From the IMG/VR virus record IMGVR_UViG_2551306247_000001, positions 30,298 through 94,297 of that record: a DNA stretch of 64,000 bases. The stretch is one strand, 5' to 3'. Source of the DNA: a virus. Taxonomy: Duplodnaviria > Caudoviricetes. The notes under the pieces are model-generated. The model was not told the origin of the DNA, made no database searches, and saw only the letters and a program-made list of their open reading frames with translations. Shown here in pieces: positions 19,752-28,249 of this stretch. The position numbers were made by a program, and so were the translations under genes. Within the stretch, counting starts at the first letter, position 1, and each line of letters starts with the position of its first letter.

Positions 19752-20315
19752 ATGATGAAGACAATTCGGAAAAATAAATCATTTGAACAGAAGAAAAAAA
19801 GGCCCAATGCTCATCATGTAGGAAAACAGTATCAAGCTTCAGATAATAAAAAAAGTAGCGGTTCTATGAATATTTTCCTGCGAAGAAAAATGTTGTTTGA
19901 AACTAATAAAGAATACAGGAATGCTGAGTTCCAGCAATCTGTTGGGGCGTTATTAGCTACAGTAGGGACAATCTATCTTTTGGTTGGGTTTCTGTATTAC
20001 TTCAACGTTAAGGTTTTTCTTCAATTTGTATTGAAGATGATAAGCTTAGGATTTCTTAAACCTTCCGTTGCAGATTCATTTCAAGAACCTACCGTTTGGG
20101 AAATTGTTAATAATTATTCTATGGGACAACCAGTAGCTGTTGCAATAGGCTTAGTTATTTTGTTAGTGGCAGGCTTCTCCCTTGGGCATAAGGGTCAAAC
20201 TACACAGTCTATGATTGACTCAAATACTGATGATGAGAAACTCAAAAAGGACTACGAAAAATTGAAAGAGGAGAGGTATAGTGATTATGATTGCTACAAT
20301 CAAAAGTTGGATTGA
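19752..20315 (+). CDS. Membrane protein
   Basis: Basic N-terminus, 2-3 TM segments. Confidence 0.65.
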   Translation: MMKTIRKNKSFEQKKKRPNAHHVGKQYQASDNKKSSGSMNIFLRRKMLFETNKEYRNAEFQQSVGALLATVGTIYLLVGFLYYFNVKVFLQFVLKMISLGFLKPSVADSFQEPTVWEIVNNYSMGQPVAVAIGLVILLVAGFSLGHKGQTTQSMIDSNTDDEKLKKDYEKLKEERYSDYDCYNQKLD

Positions 20316-21291
20316 GAAGATAAAATCTAGCCCGATAGCTAAACCAGTCATAGCTACGAACAGATGGTTCAAAGACAATGTGATTAAGCGGAAATTAGTT
20401 ATTTTTTCAGTTCTGTTTACCGCCTGGCTGAGTCTGTTGCTGGGAGCCATTTACTCTCCACAGAGGCAAACTTTTACGGATGAACAGCTAAAAACAAAGA
20501 GAACATTTGAGAATGGAACTGGAGAAATTAGGCTATTAAGTCAAATATATTCTCCTGAGACGGGCATCATTGTCCTACAGTTTGAGACTAAGGATTCGAC
20601 TTCTCCGATAGCTCGTGGGATTGACACAAAGCGTCTCGAATGGAACCTATACGCTCAGAAAAAATCAGCGGATACGTTTATGGAAATTGTTCCAATCGTA
20701 GATAATAAAATCTCCGTTATTATCCGAAATGTCCCTGAAAATTTTGGTGCCTTTGCGATCGATATTACTAATAAGACGGTTGCTACCCGTTCTATTGATA
20801 TTGATATCTCTAGTCCTTCAATGGATCAGGAAAGTAACATAAAGAAAACAGAGAGTGACGAAAGTAAAGTTGTGCAATTTTATGTGACCACTCAAAATAG
20901 TAAACTTAAAATTGAGAAGGTTGAGAGTGTTTCTCGTGAGGAATTTGCCTTGTCAGAAATTTCAGTAGAAAAGGAATTTCAAGTAGGGGAGATTGAAAAA
21001 TTAAATCATTCTATTGAACAATTAAAGAGTTCTATTGAGGATGATGAGTCTAGAAAATCTGGACTCATGAAAGAAGCTGCTTACTTATCAGGCGATGATT
21101 TAGAATCTAACCAAAGGGATATTGCAACTGTCGAGACTCATATTGAAACGAAAAACAGGTCTATTGAAATAGCACTACAAAATATTGAAAAAGTTCAAGT
21201 AAAAATTAGCAGCTTAGAAAAGAAAGAGGCAGCTATTAAAGACGGGACCTTTGAATTTTCTAACCCTATCGAAACGATTGAAATGGATTAA
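20281..21291 (+). CDS. Membrane-anchored coiled-coil protein
   Basis: One TM helix, beta-rich middle, long C-terminal coiled coil. Confidence 0.7.
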   Translation: MIMIATIKSWIEKIKSSPIAKPVIATNRWFKDNVIKRKLVIFSVLFTAWLSLLLGAIYSPQRQTFTDEQLKTKRTFENGTGEIRLLSQIYSPETGIIVLQFETKDSTSPIARGIDTKRLEWNLYAQKKSADTFMEIVPIVDNKISVIIRNVPENFGAFAIDITNKTVATRSIDIDISSPSMDQESNIKKTESDESKVVQFYVTTQNSKLKIEKVESVSREEFALSEISVEKEFQVGEIEKLNHSIEQLKSSIEDDESRKSGLMKEAAYLSGDDLESNQRDIATVETHIETKNRSIEIALQNIEKVQVKISSLEKKEAAIKDGTFEFSNPIETIEMD

Positions 21292-21309
21292 AGAAAGGAA
21301 AAAATAATC

Positions 21310-22152
21310 ATGAAAAAATTTAGTCAAACTTGGAAAAATGTAGACAGGAAAGGTCTAAAATTATCGCTTATCTATTTCCTAAACAGTCTTATTAAAATTC
21401 TCTTTGTAGAACAATTTTTTTGGATATCAGCTATATTATTAGGAGTGCTTGTGGGAATAGCTCCTTCGAAATATCACTTAGGGATTGGGCTAACTCTTAT
21501 AGTTCTTTTAAGTGGGGAACTAACACGGAGGCTAGTAATTATGTTTGTTGATCGAGGTAGCAAACAATTCATCTGGGCATTAAAGGAAATGGTGTATTTT
21601 TACTTTTTCTCAGAAGGATTTAAAACTGTAGGTCAACAAATAATAACAAATGAGTATTTTGGAAATCTACTAATAGCTTGGTTGTGTAGTATTGTTATTG
21701 CCATCGCTACTTACAATTTACAGCCAAGGTTATTTAACCGTTATCTTTTTAAAAATGTGATTGATAAAGACTATTTAGGGATTCGAAAATTTACAGATCC
21801 TCTTCCTCCTGAAAGCAATTTATATAGTGACAGTAAGGAAGCAGATGTGGACAAACGGATGCGAATGATCAATCAAAGAGTCATCAAAGAGCCGTATCAA
21901 AATGTTGTAGAATTGAGCTTTTTGAACAGAGAAATGACGACAGCTATTGCCTATAAAGCGGTACCGTTTCCTGAAAAAAAGGAACGTAATTTTATTGAAT
22001 GTGATACCATTTATTATCCTGTATTTAGAGTCTATCCTTTCGGTAAGAAGGTTGACTTTTATCATAGACTCCTTCAGATAAAGTTGAGCAGAAATGCAGC
22101 GTTCGCGAAAAGTGCAAGTATATCAATTCTGAAAGGTTCAGATCTTAGTTAA
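21310..22152 (+). CDS. Multi-pass membrane protein
   Basis: Several N-terminal TM helices, RBS AAAGGAA. Confidence 0.7.
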   Translation: MKKFSQTWKNVDRKGLKLSLIYFLNSLIKILFVEQFFWISAILLGVLVGIAPSKYHLGIGLTLIVLLSGELTRRLVIMFVDRGSKQFIWALKEMVYFYFFSEGFKTVGQQIITNEYFGNLLIAWLCSIVIAIATYNLQPRLFNRYLFKNVIDKDYLGIRKFTDPLPPESNLYSDSKEADVDKRMRMINQRVIKEPYQNVVELSFLNREMTTAIAYKAVPFPEKKERNFIECDTIYYPVFRVYPFGKKVDFYHRLLQIKLSRNAAFAKSASISILKGSDLS

Positions 22153-22160
22153 ACTAATAT

Positions 22161-22193
22161 TGCTCCCTAATTGAGATTAGGGAGTATTCTTTT
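22161..22193 (+). terminator. Hairpin terminator
   Basis: TGCTCCCTAAT-TGAG-ATTAGGGAGTA followed by TTCTTTT. Confidence 0.7.
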
Positions 22194-22204
22194 CTAAATT
22201 TTTT

Positions 22205-22243
22205 TGTCCCCTTAACACACAACTTACTATTATCTCTTATACT
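22205..22243 (+). promoter_or_regulatory. 39-bp bipartite promoter motif, copy 1
   Basis: TGTCCCCTTAACACA-N11-TATCTCTTATACT. Confidence 0.8.
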
Positions 22244-22273
22244 AAAACTAATTAAAGAAAAGGAGGCCTTCAG

Positions 22274-22549
22274 ATGGCAAAAAAAGATCTGATTAAAATT
22301 GATAATGAACTGGAAGAAGCTAAGAAAAAAGTAGCGTTTTTAGAAAATGAACGTAAGGCTGCCGAAGAAAATCTTCAAAAACAAATTGGTAAAATCTACG
22401 TACAGATACAATTAAAAAAAGACAAAAATCAAACTTATGATTCAATCCTAGATGATCTCAAAACAGAGCTGGCGATTATCAAAGAAGAGGAAAAAGAGAA
22501 GCGCCAGGCAGCTAAAATGGTGCAAGAAGCAGGAGAACAAAACACCTAG
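22274..22549 (+). CDS. Small coiled-coil protein
   Basis: 91 aa, RBS AAGGAGG. Confidence 0.7.
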   Translation: MAKKDLIKIDNELEEAKKKVAFLENERKAAEENLQKQIGKIYVQIQLKKDKNQTYDSILDDLKTELAIIKEEEKEKRQAAKMVQEAGEQNT

Positions 22550-22559
22550 ATGTTCTCAC

Positions 22560-22960
22560 TTCTCAGCTGAAAAATCACTCTGTTTGAATTGTTAAATCTA
22601 GTGTGTGTTTGTAGCTGTTACGGTGTGTATAGGTGTGTGTTTTCGCATTCGTTGTGTGTGTAGGTGTGTAAACGCAGTGTGTGTAAGTAGGCGTAGCCGA
22701 GAAAATTACCGGTACGGGAAACGTTGATACTATCAACATATCACGCCTAGTGATATCAGTTTCCCTTATGCTCTTTTCTAGCACAGCACACCCAAAAGGC
22801 ATTAGCCGCAACAGTGTGTGCTTGTGTGTGGAAAAACCGCAACAGTAGAACCTTACAGGTTCGTGACGTTGCGAGGTTGAGGTTTTCTTTTTTGCTTCTT
22901 TTTTCCTTTTGCCTCGCCAAAAGAAAAAAGAAGGGCGTCTAGCTGATAGGAAGGGCGGTA
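22560..22960. other. Putative oriT
   Basis: Intergenic region upstream of two RHH-like genes and the relaxase; GTGTGT repeats, nested inverted repeats at 22716-22765, CCCTTATGCTCT at 22763-22774. Confidence 0.72.
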
Positions 22961-22966
22961 ACTGAA

Positions 22967-23302
22967 ATGGCAAAAAGCCACCAAACAAGAATTGAAATTC
23001 GAGGACTATCTGCTCAAGAGGTAGATTACTTAAAGGCCCTTGCGAGGGAAGCCAAAGCAAAATCATTGAATGAATTTTTGCTTGGCATGTGTCGTGAAAA
23101 AATTGAAAAAGGTCAGTTCAATTTTGTTGAAGCGAACTACCTTGCTCATTTAGAAAATATGAAACTGACATCATATCATGTCTTGCTTTTGACTGAAAAG
23201 CAGACAGGTCTTTTGTCTGTTTTTGAAGAAAAAATGACCCGCTATGCAGATCATATTTCGAGGTGGTTAGAATATGAAGGAGAGGTCGATAGCAGTGACT
23301 AA
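22967..23302 (+). CDS. RHH-type relaxosome auxiliary protein 1
   Basis: RIEIRGLS..EVDYLKALA..SLNEFL strand-helix-helix pattern next to the oriT. Confidence 0.65.
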   Translation: MAKSHQTRIEIRGLSAQEVDYLKALAREAKAKSLNEFLLGMCREKIEKGQFNFVEANYLAHLENMKLTSYHVLLLTEKQTGLLSVFEEKMTRYADHISRWLEYEGEVDSSD

Positions 23303-23642
23303 AAATTTTATTATACGTAATGTTCCTGAAAAAGTATTTACGCAATTAAAAATGATATCGAAAGGATATGAGTATTCATCTTTTAATGAATTTATGCTGG
23401 CCCAACTTCAACGAATTGTTGAGAATGATGGATTGGATTTATATGATAACAAGTTTGCAGAAACGCTGGCAGACATTAAGGAACAACAAGCGAAAATCTT
23501 GGAGATGTTACTTAGAAATGAAATCAAGTTATTAGGTTGCAGCGCCAAACAAGATATTGTAGAAGAGCTAACAGTAGATTGGCTTCGTTTCATGGATGAT
23601 GTTGATGCACTTGCCGCTGAACGAGGAGGAAGTTGCTTATGA
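23295..23642 (+). CDS. RHH-type relaxosome auxiliary protein 2
   Basis: NFIIRNVPEKVFTQLK..SFNEFM RHH pattern; probable GTG start. Confidence 0.65.
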   Translation: MTKNFIIRNVPEKVFTQLKMISKGYEYSSFNEFMLAQLQRIVENDGLDLYDNKFAETLADIKEQQAKILEMLLRNEIKLLGCSAKQDIVEELTVDWLRFMDDVDALAAERGGSCL

Positions 23643-24430
23643 AGAAAAATAAATTCTTGTTAGTCAGTATTATATTTACGGCCATTCTTCTAGTGCAGCC
23701 ACAAAATTTTCAATTTTTAAAAAGTACGTTCACTCAAAATGATTTGGCCAGTCAGTTGAATATCTCAGATTCTCCTGAAGAAAAAAATGCTGATTTGAGA
23801 AACGCCCATCACACCCAGAATGAGGAATTAAAATCAAAAGTATTTGATGGTCAAGAACAAATAATTGTGGTCAATGAACGAGCACAGTTTACGACAGAAG
23901 AATTGAGTTTAGAAAATGGTTCCTGGGAAAACTATAGTGATCTAGATTTTTTGAATCGTGTCGGAGTTGCTGAGGCAATGCTAGGCCAAGATTTGATGCC
24001 GACAAGCGAACGTGAAGATATTTCATCTGTGAAACCTACTGGCTGGAAAAATAAAAAAATCGTGTTCAATGGAAAAGAAGATTATTTGTATAACCGCTCA
24101 CACTTGATTGGTTTTCAGTTAAGCGGAGAGAAAGCAAATGTAAAAAATCTATTTACAGGAACACGGGCACTCAATGCAAATCTTGATGATGAAAAATCGT
24201 CAATGCTCTATTATGAAAATTTGGTTGCCGACTATATTAGACAGTCGGGCCATCATGTCCGTTATCGAGTAACCCCACTCTTTAAAAATGTGGAATTGGT
24301 GGCACGTGGTATTCGTCTGGAAGCACAAAGTGTGGAAGATGATACCATATCATTTGATGTTTATATTTTTAATATCCAACCAGGATATGAGATTAACTAT
24401 TTGACAGGTACTTCAGAAAAATTACAGTGA
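23639..24430 (+). CDS. Secreted/anchored DNA/RNA non-specific endonuclease (EndA/streptodornase-like)
   Basis: Signal/anchor peptide, LDFLNR, PTGW, YNRSHLIG and VRYRVTP motifs. Confidence 0.88.
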   Translation: MKKNKFLLVSIIFTAILLVQPQNFQFLKSTFTQNDLASQLNISDSPEEKNADLRNAHHTQNEELKSKVFDGQEQIIVVNERAQFTTEELSLENGSWENYSDLDFLNRVGVAEAMLGQDLMPTSEREDISSVKPTGWKNKKIVFNGKEDYLYNRSHLIGFQLSGEKANVKNLFTGTRALNANLDDEKSSMLYYENLVADYIRQSGHHVRYRVTPLFKNVELVARGIRLEAQSVEDDTISFDVYIFNIQPGYEINYLTGTSEKLQ

Positions 24431-24437
24431 GGATAAT

Positions 24438-24893
24438 ATGACAAAAAGAATCAACGTCTATTTTAACGAAGAGACATTACAGAAGTTCAGTGAAATAAGA
24501 AACTACTTGGAAGAAGAAATGGGAGGCAGTTTGAACCGTCAAAGTCCTAATCATTCGGCCACAGTTGTTAAGGTGATTCATACTTTTCATAAACTGTTTT
24601 TAGAATCAGGAGAAAAGCAACCGTTCGCAGAACGGCTGTCTCGGCTGGAAAAAAATTTGGCCAATTCAGATGAGCAAAAAATTCTAAAATCAATTCGCCA
24701 TCAAATGGACCAGCTGCTCTACTTGGAGCTGACCAATTTTCATGCACTCACGAAAGGAAATCAGTTTGACATTCAAGATCTGGAGTCCATTCACTCTCAT
24801 TTTGATCCAAAGCAAAATGAATTGATCGCACGTATTGACGATATTATTAAAGAGGATGTTAGTCGAGGACAAGTAATCAAACATTCTCATTGA
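24438..24893 (+). CDS. Possible RHH DNA-binding protein
   Basis: MTKRINVYFNEETLQKF N-terminus. Confidence 0.55.
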   Translation: MTKRINVYFNEETLQKFSEIRNYLEEEMGGSLNRQSPNHSATVVKVIHTFHKLFLESGEKQPFAERLSRLEKNLANSDEQKILKSIRHQMDQLLYLELTNFHALTKGNQFDIQDLESIHSHFDPKQNELIARIDDIIKEDVSRGQVIKHSH

Positions 24894-24903
24894 GGTTCTA
24901 AAA

Positions 24904-25464
24904 ATGACAGATATTATTGACCTATATTTAGAGACAGGTGACTTTCATGAAGCAGTAAAGAAATCTGGCTTACCGACTCATGTTGCTCACTTACAATTGA
25001 TTAAAAGCGGCTGCTTAAAAATTCAAGATAAAATTCAGTATGGTTCTCGGACTGCCCGACTTGGAGGAATGGCTGAAGAGCTTTTTCAAAAGTATGTTCC
25101 TGAAGCAACAGATGCCAATAAGTACTTCAAGAAAAACAATCCTGTCTACGATTTCTGGTTTGATGGTTTAACAATTGATGTGAAGTATAGTTCGCTGCAC
25201 AAAAGAAAAGATGGAGACTCTTATCATTGGCAATTTAGAGTAAAAGGAGATCAGGACTTCATAGTTGCCTTTCTAGAACGAGAGAGTGGTTTGGAATTAG
25301 AACAACCAAATATCTTATTGGTTCCAATGCAATTTATCGAGGAAAAGAAGGAGCTACATATTTCTCCTTCTGGTCCATGGTTTAATGGATTCAAGGTTGA
25401 AGCTGAAGAGTTGCAGCCGCTGCTGAAAGACTATGCTCGATTAAGGAAAGATGGTTTATTTTAA
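24904..25464 (+). CDS. PD-(D/E)xK nuclease-fold protein
   Basis: GGMAEELF..PVYDF..TIDVKYS. Confidence 0.55.
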   Translation: MTDIIDLYLETGDFHEAVKKSGLPTHVAHLQLIKSGCLKIQDKIQYGSRTARLGGMAEELFQKYVPEATDANKYFKKNNPVYDFWFDGLTIDVKYSSLHKRKDGDSYHWQFRVKGDQDFIVAFLERESGLELEQPNILLVPMQFIEEKKELHISPSGPWFNGFKVEAEELQPLLKDYARLRKDGLF

Positions 25465-25479
25465 TTAGAGAGTGGTGAA

Positions 25480-27849
25480 ATGATGAATACGTCTTCTAGC
25501 CCGAATATCACGTTCATGCTGCAATATACAGAGGCAAATAGCCAGTATGTTGATTACACTAATCGTAGCGAAGCGGTCAAAATAGATGAGGAACTATCTT
25601 TAGAAATCAACCGCCAAATGATTGAAGGATTGACTGAGGCGGAGTTGAATCGTATCCAGAAAGCCGTTCCTGAAACACAGTTAAACTTTCGAGAGTATAT
25701 TGATTATATGAACCGTTCTTACGCTACAGAATCGCAGTCAGAAGAACTGACTGCTGTCTTTACGCAAGAAGCCGACTATCTTCAAAAGCGACGGTTAACG
25801 GATTTGAAAAATCAGTTAGAGGCCGCTTACCAAAATGGATCTCTACTTTGGCAGGGTGTTATCTCATTTGATAATACTTTTCTAGCTAAACAAGGTTTAT
25901 ATGACGTTGTGACTGGACAAGTTGACCAAAAAGCAATCAAGACTGTTATGCGTGATATGATGCCAACACTCATTCAGAAGGAAAGACTTTCTGACTCGGC
26001 TTTCTGGTGGGGGAATATCCATCTTAATACTGACAACATCCATATCCACTTTGGTTTATCAGAGGTTGAGTCAAATCGTGAAAAAATCTTTTATCGTCCA
26101 CGAGGTCGGATGGAATATAAGGGAAATTTTTCTCAAAAAACAATCAATCGATTTAAAAGTGGTATCTATCACGGGCTTCTAAAAGAGGAGACACGGTCAA
26201 ATCTTCTGCGAAAAGAGCAGGTGCTGGCTAACCTTAAAGCTAATTTACTAACTTCAGTTTACCAGGAAGACAAAATTACCTCTTCAGCTGAAAAAAATTT
26301 TTTGGAACAAGCCTACAATCACTTGCCAATGGGTAAGAAGTGGCGGTATGGGTCTAATGCCAGGGATTTTGCGGTGAGTAAGTTCTTTCTGGATCGTTAC
26401 CTAGATTCTTATTTGCAGAATGAAGGAAATGCTGCCTATCAAGAGTTTTTACAGGAAACTAGAGAGTTTCTTGCGACTTATGAGGGTGTCTATTCAGCTG
26501 AAAAAAATCAAGCCTATGAGAAGATCCGAAAGGTTGATGGAAGAACCATTCGGTCATTGTCAGAATCGAAAGGCTATGATCTAGAACATCATCTGGCCCG
26601 TCGAGTTATGGATCTAAGAGAACGGTTGGCCAATAATATCCTTCATTCATTTAGAGAGGCAGCCCCTCAAATTCAAAGCCTTCAGCTGGAAAAAAATTTG
26701 GATAACTTTTCTACTCTGAACCAGGAAAAAATATTAGAACGACTACCTGAAGCCAGTGTAGTAAAAAGCAAAGAAGCCTGGCAAAAACTAGGCTATTCAG
26801 TGAAGGCTGGAGAAGAAGCGCTTGAAATTATAAAACCTGTGTACGGGGAATATGATGAAAACGGCAAAGGAAGAGGTCGGCCAGATTTTGTAACAGACTA
26901 TGTTTATGATGTCAGTCAGCTGACAGAGAATATCCAGATGAAGACTATGACCCTAAGGGAACTATCCTTGTTATCATCGGATGAGCTAAAAGAGCTGGTT
27001 GATGCTGCTAAGTTGAAATCAAATCCAACTGAAAAAGAACGTCGTGAATTAGGGACTTTCCGTTATGCTTTGAAATTAAGTATGCTGGAAGCAAGTCAGA
27101 AAGAATTACAGATCCAACAAAAACTCTTGGATCAGCTTCAACCTCTAGCTTCTGATCGGCCGTTTATAGATTTCAAGAAACAGTCAATCAATCAGGAATT
27201 GGAAGCAATTAAGCTACAGCTTACCCCGAATTTCAAACTGTCTGATGAGCAGCAGCTACTGAGACAACGCTTAAAGAATCAATTTGAAGACAGCGTTGCA
27301 CTCCCTATCAAAAAGGCTACTGCTGGAACTATCCAGCTTCCGATCAGGCAACTACGTACGGAGATAGATTTTGCTAGTCGACTTCAGGATGATAGTGTCC
27401 TATCACTTCTGAAGGGTTCTGCGACGACAAAGGAAGCCTATATTGAGGAACTTCAAACTCATGTCTCTATTTTTCAGCTGAAATACCATATTAACGCCCG
27501 AAACCAACAGATGGAACGACTATCAGATGAATCAGCTATCAAGCAGCTGAGGATAACTAATGCCCAGGGCTTTTCAGAATTGAAACGCTTATATGCTAAA
27601 TTACAACCGACCGAAGAAAACCAAAGTCAGATTGTTCAAGCTGTTTCTAAACAATTGCAGGAGCGGAAAGTTGTTAAAAAAGCCCAACTGCAGCAGTCAA
27701 AAGGAGCTGCTAGGATAAATACAAACTTCATGCGACAGCTAACAGCTTCATTGAAGCGGTCTCAACAAGCAAGTAAAAAAGCCCTTATGGACCGTGCTAG
27801 AAGTGATGAACGTGAGGAGCAAGAAGAGCGCAAACAAGCTCAGCGATAA
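25480..27849 (+). CDS. Relaxase, MOBL (MobP2-type)
   Basis: YVDYTNR/YIDYMNR, WQGVISFD and HLNTDNIHIH (3H) motifs. Confidence 0.88.
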   Translation: MMNTSSSPNITFMLQYTEANSQYVDYTNRSEAVKIDEELSLEINRQMIEGLTEAELNRIQKAVPETQLNFREYIDYMNRSYATESQSEELTAVFTQEADYLQKRRLTDLKNQLEAAYQNGSLLWQGVISFDNTFLAKQGLYDVVTGQVDQKAIKTVMRDMMPTLIQKERLSDSAFWWGNIHLNTDNIHIHFGLSEVESNREKIFYRPRGRMEYKGNFSQKTINRFKSGIYHGLLKEETRSNLLRKEQVLANLKANLLTSVYQEDKITSSAEKNFLEQAYNHLPMGKKWRYGSNARDFAVSKFFLDRYLDSYLQNEGNAAYQEFLQETREFLATYEGVYSAEKNQAYEKIRKVDGRTIRSLSESKGYDLEHHLARRVMDLRERLANNILHSFREAAPQIQSLQLEKNLDNFSTLNQEKILERLPEASVVKSKEAWQKLGYSVKAGEEALEIIKPVYGEYDENGKGRGRPDFVTDYVYDVSQLTENIQMKTMTLRELSLLSSDELKELVDAAKLKSNPTEKERRELGTFRYALKLSMLEASQKELQIQQKLLDQLQPLASDRPFIDFKKQSINQELEAIKLQLTPNFKLSDEQQLLRQRLKNQFEDSVALPIKKATAGTIQLPIRQLRTEIDFASRLQDDSVLSLLKGSATTKEAYIEELQTHVSIFQLKYHINARNQQMERLSDESAIKQLRITNAQGFSELKRLYAKLQPTEENQSQIVQAVSKQLQERKVVKKAQLQQSKGAARINTNFMRQLTASLKRSQQASKKALMDRARSDEREEQEERKQAQR

Positions 27850-27851
27850 TC

Positions 27852-27882
27852 AGTCATTGATGTTTTATCAATGGCTTTTTTC
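27852..27882 (+). terminator. Intrinsic terminator after the relaxase
   Basis: AGTCATTGAT-GTTTT-ATCAATGGCT followed by a T run. Confidence 0.75.
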
Positions 27883-27902
27883 ATCGAAAAATCATCTCAA
27901 TT

Positions 27903-27941
27903 TGTCCTCTTAACACAAGGATTTTGATTATCCCTTACACT
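27903..27941 (+). promoter_or_regulatory. 39-bp bipartite promoter motif, copy 2
   Basis: TGTCCTCTTAACACA-N11-TATCCCTTACACT. Confidence 0.8.
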
Positions 27942-27973
27942 AGAACTGACTATAGAAAAAGGAGGAACAGACA

Positions 27974-28231
27974 ATGTTACATTTCCCAGGTGTATCAGAA
28001 AAAGAGTTTGATTTTGATGCTGATTGGTTGGTAAAAGCAACCGATGATATTCAAAAGAAAATTCTTTTTGTCGGTCAAGGAAAAAATGGTGATCTAGAGT
28101 TAGAACTTGATTACCAGGCTAATCCAGAGCAGTTTGAGAGTTTTTCAGTTGGAGAACTTGTTCAACTACCAAGAGAAATTTTCCTGGTACCTGAAATAAT
28201 ACCTTACCAACCACAGTACGAGTGTTTTTAG
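27974..28231 (+). CDS. Small acidic hypothetical protein
   Basis: 85 aa, RBS AAGGAGG. Confidence 0.7.
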   Translation: MLHFPGVSEKEFDFDADWLVKATDDIQKKILFVGQGKNGDLELELDYQANPEQFESFSVGELVQLPREIFLVPEIIPYQPQYECF

Positions 28232-28249
28232 TGAATGAAAGGAGTCTTT

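Noticed and set aside
22601-22830. GTGTGT repeats as a CRISPR array or microsatellite
   Set aside because: Units are 6-8 bp with short variable gaps, there is no repeat-spacer period and no cas gene; they fit protein-binding sites better
22575-23066. 163-aa minus-strand ORF
   Set aside because: The low-complexity translation (THTYTH) comes from the GTGTGT repeats; it overlaps the putative oriT and opposes all neighbouring genes
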